Part shown: one piece after another, positions 12,467 through 24,656 of the stretch
Numbering within the stretch: position 1 is the stretch's first letter
How the letters are laid out: each line of letters begins with the position of its first letter
Source: Kudoa neothunni
Lineage: Eukaryota; Animalia; Cnidaria
Length of the DNA: 64,000 bases
Assembly (NCBI GenBank): GCA_964304625.1
Contig: OZ199839.1
Span: forward strand, 7,280,407-7,344,406
Direction: 5' to 3'
Made by a program: the position numbers and the translations under genes
Notes under the pieces: model-generated
Told to the model about the DNA's origin: nothing
The model's input: the letters and a program-made list of their open reading frames with translations, nothing else
The model's database searches: none

Positions 12467-15397
12467 TCAAAGGAAGTAGGGAATGGTTTGGGTTGGTGGA
12501 ACTTTCCTTTTGTGTGATGAAACTGCATCGAAAAGTAAGGGACGATGGTTGGTGGCAGTTTTAAATTCCATGATCGAAGCAATATTTCCACATCTATAGC
12601 AATAGTTGGGGGCGGACCACACTGTGACGAGTTTCTCTCCAAACATAAACTTGTAGCCCTCATTAACTAGTTGATGTGCTCTGCAGATGAGAGAAATATC
12701 GTTCACATGCATAAACTATCAAGAAAAGCATTATAAAAATAGCAGCGCGTATTGAATTCTCTAAACTATTTTGCAATATTTAATATCTGATGATTATTCA
12801 TAAAAATTTGAAACTCAAACAGATTGTTTAGTAAACAAATTCCATATTAGCATTATATATGACGCTTCGAATGTATATAAGCATATAATCTGCGAGAAGA
12901 ACCCAAAATTGTTGATTATTAAACAATTAATTAGACGAGATTTCAGCGTTAAATTCAAGACTAAACTAAGATTATTTAGCTTAGTCTTGACAATATTAAG
13001 TCAACCTAATAAGTTTAGAAACTTTAATTTTCAAATATTGTTTATATCTATTTTAAAAATATACAAAAATGATATGGGCTTAAAGATCGCTATTAATTTG
13101 TTATATTCATTTATAAAACATTTGATTATCTTTTTTAAAATCTTGATCAGCGCATTCCTACCGTATTCTCATTCTCATGAACAAGGCAGGATTAAGTAAA
13201 AGTTTTCTATAACGCATATCTGCGAGCTCAATAATGATTATTTAAGCTTGTGTGACTCATTGTTTCCGCATCTTTATTCATAAAAAGGACCTTTTTATAT
13301 TATTAATTACAGAGTTTAATCTATTCGCAACCTTTACGTTTGTATAAATTAAGATTTTATAAATTGTTTGGCCCATATTACCAATAATTATTTGAAATAT
13401 CGCTCATATCCCTTCAAAAATATTATTTGGATCATTTTCTAGAACTTCAATATCGCTATCTTTTATATATTAAGTTATGCTTTGATTTGAAAAGTGGTAA
13501 ACACGAACGAGGAGGTTTAGACGGAATTCAACTAGTATGTGTGCTACATTTAAAAAATACATAAAAAAGGCATTAGAGTAAGAAAACAAGAAATTAGGAT
13601 TAATTTTTAGATTTGGAGTTATTCCCTCCTTTAGCGATGGACAACCAACACAGGCGGCTTATACGGATTCGTAACAATCTGTATAAACTCCCGAAATAAA
13701 CGTTGTAGAATTTAATCGAAAATCGCAAGGCTAAATTATCATATAAAACGTGGCTATTGGCCGACAATAAAATAATTTCTCTAAAGGTTGAGAGTTTCCA
13801 CGTTATTTCGATAAAATTTTATATATTATCTTAATTCTACATAAAATTTTAAGGGTAATAGTCATACAACTTTGTATGTTGAGCGAGGTACTCATTAGCT
13901 CTATTTTTATTAACTAGTGCAGATTATGATAAAAAATATTCTCGTCATATCTGACCTTTTTTACCCTCGAAAAATCATAGTGAGCTAAATTTTAAATAGT
14001 AGTTTCTGCACTAACTATTCACTACTTTTACAACCCCGCCATAAACCCTGTATAATTGAATTAATTAATTAATTAATTATTCCAAAAATTTACTATGTAA
14101 TTTATTTGATTTAAAACTGAATTTTTGATAACCAACGATATTTAAACTCTCGATTTAAAATAAATGTATAAATAACAAAAAGAAATCGGTACCTCCTTGG
14201 TAACCGACTCTCCGAACAACCAACCGGCCCCTCTAGGACTAATTTCCCAATTTTCGACTTCCTCAGGGTCGGACCAAAGTAAATCTAACACAATTTATAT
14301 CGTGTTATTGCTTAATGTAAGATTTACCACAAAATCCACCCTTGTTTGGAACTTCTACTTTACGTTCTATAACTTGGATCTAAAGATGAGTAATTAGTAA
14401 AGTTAACCCACGTATAAAATCCCAAAAAATTCGTACCATTTCGAGCGTATTCAACAAAGGTGATAAACCACCATGAACACACATTACACTATTGTCAATT
14501 ATCTAAATTTAACAATATAAACAATATTTTGATTGTTATCTAGCCGATAGAGTTTTATGAACAATGTCATAAATTATTAGAATCTATCAATATATAAAAT
14601 TCTATCGACCCAATTTCCCAATAAATAATCATAAAAAAGTGTTGTGAGGTCTTAATTAGAAGAGACCAATTACCGCAGCTATAGATAAAAGATCGAAAAG
14701 CTTGCAACAAAATTTCCATGGATTCGCGTTCCCATACTTTCTTATACATTCATCTATTCGAAATTTGGGTAACTGATTGAAAGGAAACACATGCCAACCA
14801 ATTACCATAGAAGCCGTAACTTTGAGTTATACCACGACTTTCATGATTACCACGGATGAGGAAAATATGATTGGGATATCTAAATTATTTCAGTATGTTC
14901 GATGTGAACAAAATATAAAATTACTTGGCTTTCAGTATGATTAATTTGGTCCATGTTTCAAGACTGTAATACCCACGATCAACAAAGTCCCCCTACATAC
15001 ACACATACACACATACACACATATCACAATATCTCACACACTCAATTAAAATAAAAGCTACCATAAAAATGTATTTGGTGTCAGGTATTAGACCTCCAGT
15101 TCTGAATAACTCTTCCACATCATAAAACTATTTATAACCGAATTTAATCGCTCCAAACAAATTCTATCAATTCCTAATTATACCTGGCCATGAACATCAC
15201 CACATACAGTTATGGGAGCAGAAGTGGAAATGATATTAGGTTCTTCGATGAGGATGTCCGCTACATAATCACATAACTCCTATTTTGTGATAATAAAACA
15301 GGTATCATTTGAGAGTGTGATCCACTTTGAGATCGTTTTCTGGTAGGTATTTACAATCGTTAGCCCATTCTAACCATAGATCTAAATTTAAGGGCAT
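12467..15397 (-). CDS. PPP6C: Serine/threonine protein phosphatase 6 catalytic subunit, multi-exon
   Basis: [25 protein letters not shown]-terminus, [40 protein letters not shown] and C-terminal PYFL; canonical introns including a ~1.5 kb one before the last exon. Confidence 0.93.
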
Positions 15398-15458
15398 TGC
15401 CTTGAATTTTATTGTTAGTTAAATTGTTCCGACAAACCCCGAGGTCTATCCGAAATAA
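15398..15458. promoter_or_regulatory. Putative ultra-short bidirectional promoter/5' region shared by PPP6C and CSTF1
   Basis: Only 61 bp separate the two divergent ATGs (15397 minus, 15459 plus). Confidence 0.55.
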
Positions 15459-18400
15459 ATGGCAGATTTTGAGGTGCTTCGAAACCATGTTTACCGACAC
15501 ATTATTTCGTAATTATATTGTTTGTTGGTCGGATGTGATTAGCTTGTGGTAGGCAATTATTGTATGATGGGTTGAATGCTTTTGCGAGCGCAGTTGCTCA
15601 CACAATCGGCATCGACATTAAAACTATCGGCCCTAGTTGTGACCTATATCGTATATGTACGAATAAATTTAATGAGGATAAAAAGTTCAAAAAAGGTATT
15701 TTACCAAAATTACTATCAAATGTCATAGAATTCTTGTTATCTCTTAGTGAATAATAGTTTGGCGCCAATCGACAATGTCGACATAAATTTGGATAAAATT
15801 CCCGATTACGGTGTCGACATACGAACAGCCACCACATACGATACAGATAACACAACTAAACACGGTATCTTGTTGTGACTGCACTTTGTTTCTTATTTGT
15901 TTCAACTGGAATTTAGATTGCTTCACAACAACAACGCTCAACGACTACGAAACAGTTTATGTCACTTCACATAAAGCCCCTTGTACGGTTGGAGTGTATT
16001 CTAGGAATGGTATTGTTTTTATGTCTGAATTGGATATACTGTGAATTTATTTGTGTAGGCGACCTGATTGCCACTGGTTCTGAGGACACTTCGATTAAAG
16101 TAATTACGGATGTTAGTTACAGCTCGAAATGTGGCGGTTCTAGATTCTGGATCCTCATAAAATGCTATTAAAGGCATCAGAAACTAGAGCTGAAAAGCAA
16201 CTTATTGACACCAAGGAAGACGATCCGGCTGCTGCTTCCAAAGGTCACCCAGTTATTAAAACACTTTATGATAACACTGCTGTACATTATTTGATCTACA
16301 GTTAGGTCAATATTTATTGATAATACGTTTTAGCCTGTTACATGTTTGGATTTCCATCCAACAATCAACTACCTAGCCTCCGGGGGCAACGATAATATTA
16401 TACGAATATTTGACATTACTAAAACATCCTCGAAGAAAGTTCTGAAGGCGATAAATGTATGATTTCGATTTTTAATTGATGATTGTAATATATTCAACAC
16501 TACATTATATATTCAACATTAAAGGAGGTGGAAAATCTACACAGTTTGGCATTTCACCCCACCGGTAACTATCTGATGGTCAGCACCAAACATCCGACAA
16601 GTAGTTTCTATGTTTTTATCTTAGTGTTATTCGCGTATTTACTTTAAAGTTCGTTTGTACGATTTGAGCAATTTAAAATGTTTTGTGTCCGCCAACCCTG
16701 CCGATCAACACACTGGAACTGTTCTCTCTATCAAATACAACCTTTCAGGTGGAACCTACGTTAGTGCCGGAATGGATGGTTGCGTTAAGGTTGTCATAGA
16801 TATTTTCCGTTTTTGTTGGATTATCTAATTTTGTCACTTTGTGTAGTTCTGGGATGGTTCAAGTAATCGCTGTTTCAAGACAATCTCCAGAGCTCATAAT
16901 GGAACCCCTGTAATTTTTCGATTGAAATCTACATTATTGGAATTGAGTCGTGAGAATTTAAAAAATGTTCCGACTTGGTTATCCAACGTTCAATTGCCTC
17001 TTTATAAATTTTTAATATCTAATATTTGATGATTTTTTATGGCATGTCACAAATTAGTTTATTTTAATTTGATTTCTGATTAATAATTATTTCCAATTTT
17101 TTCATTTAAAGCAAGGCTCCCCGATTAGAATTACGGGAGGTCTCAGAGATAGTTAAGGGGGTTCCGAGACTCACACCTAGAACCAACCATAAAACTGTGT
17201 GGTTAAGCATGCTTTCTACATAATCTACCGATTCTAAGTAATCAAAATCTCACTCGAAAATATATCATGCGCGATCGAAGCCGAAATATGCCTGGTAAAC
17301 ATGATTCATTTGATGAATCTTACTAAAAATTAATTTTCTTTGTCAGTTACTATATTCTATTTACTCACCCTCGAATACCTGGAGGTGGCCAATCAGCGCT
17401 TATTGTATCAATAACTTTTACGAAATATTTGATTTCCTTTCCCAAATTGTATTATATAATATATTGATGTTTTTAAAAATATTTATATTTTTTTTAACTT
17501 AATTTTTTCGCTTAAAATCACTAAAATATACTCAAATTTTAAAATGCCCACCATATAAATAATAACGTTTGGATAGTTAAAATATATAAACAAGCTTTTC
17601 TGCGGTAAAGTAAAAATTATAAATTTACTTTGAAGAAGGGGAATGTTTTTAAATTCATTTTTTTTCTATAACAACTTGGTTCTGTGAACTAATTCTATCT
17701 GTCGTGTGAATCGCGCCTATTATAATAATTTTATTAAATTGCATATCAACAAGTAGTCAGTTAAATGTAGTTGTCTAAAGTTTAAGTTATCCCATCTTAT
17801 CATAACTTAAGAATTCGAATTCTAAAAATTCTTAGACTATATATATATTTATGGTCATTTATATTTCTTGTTCATAAATTAATTTATAATGTCAAATTTC
17901 AATTTATAAAGTACGAATCTATATATTTAACATATTTCTGTCAACAGGGAAGAGGTTTCATAATAAAATCATTTATTTCGAATCATTCACGTTATCCAAA
18001 GTATATACAGGCATAATTATTCCTGTTCTTCTTAATTAGACCAAATAACGTCACAAAAATGCATCGTTGATTTATTTTTATTGAATTTATTATATTTTAA
18101 AATATTCAAAATAACGTTAATAATTATGTTTTTAGCCTGAAATGCAACGATTTCTATTATTTTAATACATTTTTGCGTGTGGTCACAGGTATTCGCGTAA
18201 CTTTTTTCATAGCTGTTTGAGGGTTGATGTATAAAACAAAAATTATAATTTATTTCTTTTCATTCGTAAATAAATTATTTGGTTAAATTTTAAATGGTAC
18301 AACTTAAAAAGATTTGACAAATTTACTTTTTAATAAGAAGATAAATGACTTTAAAGTGTTTTTTTAATGGGTTAAATTATTAAAAATTGTATTCATTATT

Positions 18401-19350
18401 TTTAAATAAACTTTAATTAGCGTCAGGATTAAGTGATTTATTTTTTTGTTAGATTATTTATAATTTTTATATCCGATTAAAATCAATTTCTTCTAACAAA
18501 TTTTATAAATTAAAAGTTTAAATTTATAGTTAAACAAAAATTCAAAATTTCGCCTAAACTCAACTACCCACATCTGATATTTTGCACAATAATATTAGCA
18601 CATCCAATTCATTTACAAATTATGATTTATTTATATCTTTATCTGATAAAGATTCTCGATTCTAATTAATTTTTCCCCAATAAAGATAAGAAAAAAGTTG
18701 AAACGTTTAATTTTTTTAGTTGTATTTATTTTATTCACACTTGTTTTTTTGTGTATGTAGACGGCTTTTTCTTGTTCTAATGAATTAATGGAATATTTTT
18801 CCCACCTAAAAATGAAGCCATTTTAAATATCTTTTTTGAGAAGGGGTGCGGAAACTAAAATGAATGGGGAAACGGTGGTCTAAATCTTTTTTAGGTGGTG
18901 AGTGTTGCTATCAAATCCGACTCTCACACTGTACTTACCGCCGGTAAAGATAATAAGGTTCTATTGTGGGATATGCGAAATTGTATGAGATTATTTGTGA
19001 GCTCACCAATCTCATTTGTTGTCATAGTTTCTTATTTTCTTGAAGTTGACTGCCCTACGCAAATGTATGAAAATTGTTGTCCCGCCGCTTTCAACCACAC
19101 TGAAGATTCTAGTATACTTTTTAGTCGATGAGATAGATTTTTATTGTTGTGCTGTGCTTAGTTTTTTTACATAGAGGATAAAAACTTTGCTATCGGATGT
19201 TTCAATATTAAAACTGGAGACAAACTCCCCCCGATACCTTCTTGCCATTCGAGTTATATTCGAAATTTTGCACATTCACCTGTAGATGCTTCACTCATCA
19301 CGTGTAGTGATGACAATAGAACTCGTTTCTGGTATGCTGGGCACATTTAA
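15459..19350 (+). CDS. CSTF1: Cleavage stimulation factor subunit 1 (CstF-50, WD40), multi-exon; apparent extra T at 19162-19168
   Basis: YRHIISQLLYDG, YETVYVTSHKAPC, ATGSEDTSIK, HPVIKTLYD, ANPADQH, WDGSSNRC, FNHTED, TCSDDNRTRFWY motifs; ~2 kb intron 16909-18894. Confidence 0.92.
17370..18197. mobile_element. MITE in CSTF1 intron, same family as 22983-23917 in the opposite orientation
   Basis: Short TIRs CGAATACCTG...CAGGTATTCG; internal sequence is the reverse complement of 22983-23917. Confidence 0.7.
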
Positions 19351-19793
19351 TTGTACCTATTGTGATTTTTCTTATTTTATTCACGCGAGTTTTTTTTTCA
19401 TTCTCGGCTAACTCATATTAAAATTTATAAAAAATAGCTCCAATCCACTTTTTCCTCTTTTATTGCATTTGTTTTTGATCAACCATTATTAAAACATTTT
19501 TGGTAACATATTAGACTTTTTTAAAAATACGACAAAAAAGGATATCTTCTGAATGTATCATAGTGGGCGTGAATAAAATACAAATAATAACGGTCGTTTT
19601 CGACCAAACAAACAACCCAGATCTGAGCTTGCGCTAGTAATAAAACATTCAGGGCATCCATTGCTTGAGTTTTTTTCATTTTTCTTTAAAATATTGTGTT
19701 TTTTATAATTATAGAATTTATATAAATTAACGTAATTTTTCATGATGTAAAGTACGTCCTTAATACTTTTTTTATCACGTATCACGCTACAGT

Positions 19794-21069
19794 GGTAATG
19801 GTAAAGTATGCGGCACCTAGAAAATGCCGTTATACGCACGTTTTTTCACAATTGTTCATAATAAAATAAAAGAATATGAAGAGCGAAAATTCAGCTCAAA
19901 ATAACGTTAAAATTCTCAGAATTTTTTATCGGAACCCTGTCAAGGTGCGTGCATGTGAGATTTCCATATTTTTTCAATATATTTTGAATTATTTGGTTTC
20001 TTTCTTAGTTGCTAATTTAAAAGTTATTTATTATTACCATTTAGATTTTTTACTATTGATCTATAACAATTTTATATAAACTAACTTTAAAAATAAACTT
20101 AATGTAAGTTTCACAAAAACACCTCATTTTTTTACTATAATAAAAATATTTTGCGAACTTTCAAATATAGATATTAATGTAGCAAGATTTATTTTGGTTT
20201 TTAATTTTTTTTAATTAAATATTTGTTAGAAATTAAGAAAGTATTCAGTTTTCATTATTAAAATTCGGAAACCTAATTTCTAATAACGATAATATTAATT
20301 TTGGTTACCTTGAAATATGTGTAAGCATCTAAAAAAAATTTTTAAATTATATTTTTATTATTATATAAGTTTTTATTGTATGTCAAAATTTCCTAACAAA
20401 CAAGTTCGGCAATATTTACTGATTGAGAATATTTCGAGATGTTAACACAGTGTGCTAAACATGTTTTTTTCAGCACAAATAATGACTTACTAAAACTAAT
20501 AATTTTATAGAAAATGTAGTGGGGAGTTTAGATTTTATTATAACAACATTTTTACGTTTATCGAATGCAATATTAAACACAAACGTAAGAATTCCTCTAA
20601 TAAAGTAATAATTTCATATAATCAAGGCTGAATTAACGATCTCCTGAAATTAAGTGTTTAGCTAAAATATAATGTTTGATTAATTACTAAAAAGACATAA
20701 CAGCTCCAAGAAAATTAAGAACATATTTTGATAGCACGTGGCTAAGTCGTCTCTCTTTTAAACTATTCATGCTTAAACCAATATAATTAAATTTGGTATT
20801 GTAACATTTGTGTTTATATGATAACAAATATGAAATATAACCAATTTATGAATGATTACCGGTATAAATTAGAGATTAATTCAATGTTTGTTGAAAAAAT
20901 ATGGAGATTTCACATGTATCCAACAGGGTTCCGATAAAAAATTCTGAGAATTTTAACGTTATTTTGAGCTGAATTTTCGCTCTTCATATTCTTTTATTTT
21001 ATTATGAACAATTGTGAAAAAACGTGCGTATAACGGCATTTTCTAGGTGCCGCATACTTTACCATTACC
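19794..21069. mobile_element. Young non-autonomous TIR element (Merlin- or Mutator-type), 147-bp TIRs, 9-bp TSD
   Basis: 19794-19940 and 20923-21069 are apparently perfect inverted repeats starting GGTAATGG; TSD CGCTACAGT at 19785-19793 and 21070-21078. Confidence 0.9.
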
Positions 21070-21568
21070 CGCTACAGTCATAATATAAGGGGTAATAAAT
21101 ATGCATGTGCCGAATGGCATCATGTTTGATTTGTTCAACATAGCACTGCCGCATTGTCACCCACTAGTCATTTCTGCATGCTATTTCACATAGTAGCTTT
21201 AAATCTTAAGTAATAAATTGTAAATATACTTGCCTATATTGTATATTAAGCATGCATGATAGTACAAATCAATGCTTTCAAACATAAAAATACCGCTAAA
21301 CTACAAATAAGATTGACTACCATTTTATAAAGTAGAATTTATATTATGAAATAATATTAATCATTGATTTGTTTGATAAAATTAAAATATACCATAGGGG
21401 TTTAAATTTTTAATTAATAAAACGTATTTAAATCGCGGCATATTAATAAAAATCTAAGTTATCGGCTTATAAACAGTTTAAAAATTGTTGTTGATTAATA
21501 TTTATATGAAAAATTTCAAAATTTTAGTTCAGAAATCCATATTTCGTCAGTTCCACTCGCGCAACCAA

Positions 21569-22838
21569 ATGAAACTGGACGAACAGTTGCTTGGGTCATT
21601 TAAAAGTCTCAAATCATTCAAACAAAATCAACGAATTAATAGCATAGATTTTCATTATGAAGGATCTATTTTGGTGGTGGGTTGTGATTCGACTATCGAA
21701 TTTTTCGATTGCCACCAGGGGGAATCACGTATGATATCGTCAGTATTAAAGTACGGATGTGCTATTGTAAAAACTGTCCCAGCAAAGAATTTCGTGTTGC
21801 ATTCATCTACAAAATTAAATCATGATGTTCGTTGTCTACAAGCAGAAAACCAACAGCTACTTGAGATATTTCTCCGGCCACACTGATATAGTTTATGATG
21901 TGGTACCATCGAAAGTGTGTGATACCTTTATTACTGTGTCGTTGGACAATACAATGAAATTTTGGGATATAAGAATTCCAGAATACCAAGTAATTGTTCA
22001 TTCATTTTACTTATAATTGAATTTCTGTTGTTGTTGTTGTTGTTACGATTAAACGTTAATCTCTATCAACACAATAATAGGGGGAAATCAAAGCGTACAG
22101 CTATCCAGGGTGTACATCAATAAGTTCAACTGGATTGGTCTTTTCGACGGTTTCAGGTCCTGATACCATTGAAATGTATGATCTACGAAAATACCAACAA
22201 GGACCTTTCTCTGTAATCAATTTTAAAACTCAATCTAATGAAGAACAACCGCCTTCAACCGCCAATAATTATCATCCAAATGATCGTTTGTCCCATTGTC
22301 TATCTTCGGACAGTAGTTTAAATGATAAATACATTTATGTGGCGCTTGCCAACGATTCCAATTATATAATCCATACAATTGATTCCTATAAGGTATTTGA
22401 CTGAGTTTTTGTGTTGACTGTAAAATAAACAAATGCTGTGTTTATTAGGGTAAAACTATATCAACCAAAGTATTTCCACTACCGGGACTTTTATCCTTTA
22501 ACGATTTGAGACATATTCCTCCAGCAAAGGCAGGTCTCTTTCCAAAATTGGAGTCAAAAATGGGATTTACTTTCAGTGCCGATTCTAACTACATTCTTGG
22601 ATTCTCACCAAACGACACTCTTTCTGGTATTTTGAATGGTTGGACTTCAGAAACTGGCAAAGATATCACGTTCAAAAATCCATTAGTTTACAAGTATCAA
22701 ATTGCTCAACATGAAAAGAATGAGAGATGGGTCCCTTCGCCCTCGGTATGTAATATCAAGTTCAATCCAAGGTATATGATGTTGGCGACCAGTTTTGACA
22801 ATATTTTGAATTTGTGGCAACCTTGTGGAGAGGAATAA
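21569..22838 (+). CDS. WDR82: WD repeat-containing protein 82 (Swd2), 3 exons; apparent extra A at 21846-21849
   Basis: MKLDEQLLGSFK, INSIDF, KYG, YLRYFSGH, SLDNTMKFWDIR, MYDLRKYQQGPF, KFNPRYMMLAT motifs; two short GT-AG introns. Confidence 0.88.
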
Positions 22839-22982
22839 ATTCTGTTTTTAATGTGTGTGTTTTTTCGTGCTGTATTTTATGGAGTTTTTAAAGATTAATC
22901 ATTATTTTGATGAGAATTATTTGTTACCGTTTGCTGACTTAATTAAAAGCTAAAACATACACAATTATTAGGAAAAACGTTA

Positions 22983-23917
22983 CGCGAATACCTGGGGGTG
23001 GCCACTGTGATCGCTACGCAAAAATGTATCAAAATAATAGAAATCGTTGCACATCAGACTGAGAACATAATTATTTACGTTATTTTTACATTTTAAAATA
23101 CGATAAATTTAATAAAAATAATAAGTGGTGCATGCATATTTGTGACGTTTATTTGAGCAAATGCGAAGAACAGGAATAGTTATGCTTGTGTATAGTTTGA
23201 ATGGCGTGAAAAATTAGAGATAAGATATTTTTTATTATTGTTTCATTTTTTAAATTTTCTTCTTATTATTATTATTTTAACAGCTATGGTTTTGTTTTAT
23301 TCTCGAAATCCATGATTTTATTATGAATCTCTTCACCTGTTGGCAGAAATATGTTAAATATATATGCTCGTATTTTATAAATTGAAATACGGAATTATAA
23401 CTTAATTCATGAATAAGAAATATGTGTGTATAGTGTGTAGATTTTTAGATTTCGAATTCTTAAGTTATGATAAGATGATATAACTTAAACTTTAAACAAC
23501 TACATTTGACTTTCTACTTTTTATTGATATGTAATTCAACAAAATTATTATACAGTAGGCAATCGATTTTTCTTCATTTGTAAACTTTTTTCAATTAACT
23601 TTTAATATGATATTATAATATTGAATCTTTACTTTCACAGAAACTTTCAGAGTAGACGAGAAACAAAAAGTTAAAAAGTACGAAAAACCCATAGCACTAC
23701 AAATTGATTGATTGCCCTACTGTAATCTGCGCGATTCACATGTAAGATTAAATTAGTTAACAGAATTAAGCTGTTATAGAAACAAAAAAAATGAATTTTA
23801 AAAACATAATTATACTATAAAATACAATTTGGGAAAAAAGGAAATAAAATATGTTGTAAAAGTTATTGATATAATAAGCTCTGATTGGCCTCAATGAACA
23901 CCCTCCAGGTATTCGTG
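22983..23917. mobile_element. MITE, same family as 17370-18197, with a nested smaller MITE
   Basis: TA-CGCGAATACCTG ... CAGGTATTCG ends; colinear reverse-complement similarity to the intronic copy. Confidence 0.7.
23553..23722. mobile_element. ~170-bp Tc1/pogo-type MITE nested in the larger MITE
   Basis: TA-CAGTAGGCAATC ... GATTGCCCTACTG-TA; absent from the sister copy at 17370-18197. Confidence 0.7.
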
Positions 23918-24620
23918 AGTTAAATCATTGGAACTATAATATGCACCCCTTCATATCGCAAGTTAAAATTTTCTGCAGTCATAACTTTTTTAAAATTTAA
24001 TTGTTTATCTATAAAATCGTACATTCTATTTTTTTCCCGCGCAAAATAAAGTTAGAATTAATTTAAACTGGATTTTGGAGAAGTACATTTCAAGGATTAT
24101 GATATTAACATAGAGAAATTAAGTACCGTCGTAATGAGCCCAAAAGTAATTCTCCACATTTTATTACTTAGGTAATAAAAATTTAACTCATATGTATAAG
24201 TTAGTTTCCCTTTTGATAATTAATAACGAAATAAAGTACTGAAATAAATAGATTAAATAATAGATAAAGAGAAAATGTTAAATTACGCAGTATCGAACCT
24301 TTACTGTACATACATAGTAGATATGCGTGCACATTGGCGCCCTCATAATACAGTAGAATCGGACGTGACTTGGTAGCGTCATTGATCATCGATCGCGTCG
24401 TTTGAGGTCGTCTCTGAATGTTACGATGAATCAACTAATAATAAGATGCACACGCTAACAAGAAGTAAGAAAAAAATTAAAAATGAGGAAGAAAACCAAC
24501 GCGGCAAACTTCAGTTCCATCACAAATTTGAAAAATGTAGCAACTTCGAAGTAACCCACAAAAAGCCAATACTTTTCTGATATAAAATTTGCAAAAACTA
24601 TTCGATAAACTATGTATTTA

Positions 24621-24656
24621 GAGCCGGAATAAGGATCGAATAAAACGCATCAGCAC
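24621..24656 (-). pseudogene. Strongly decayed tRNA-Ile-like 3' half at the 3' junction of the older retrotransposon
   Basis: GAGCCGGAATAAGGATCGAATAAAACGCATCAGCAC vs TAGCCGAAATGGGAATCGAACCCACGACCTCAGCAT: 23/36 ungapped identity, same strand and same position relative to the element. Confidence 0.5.
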
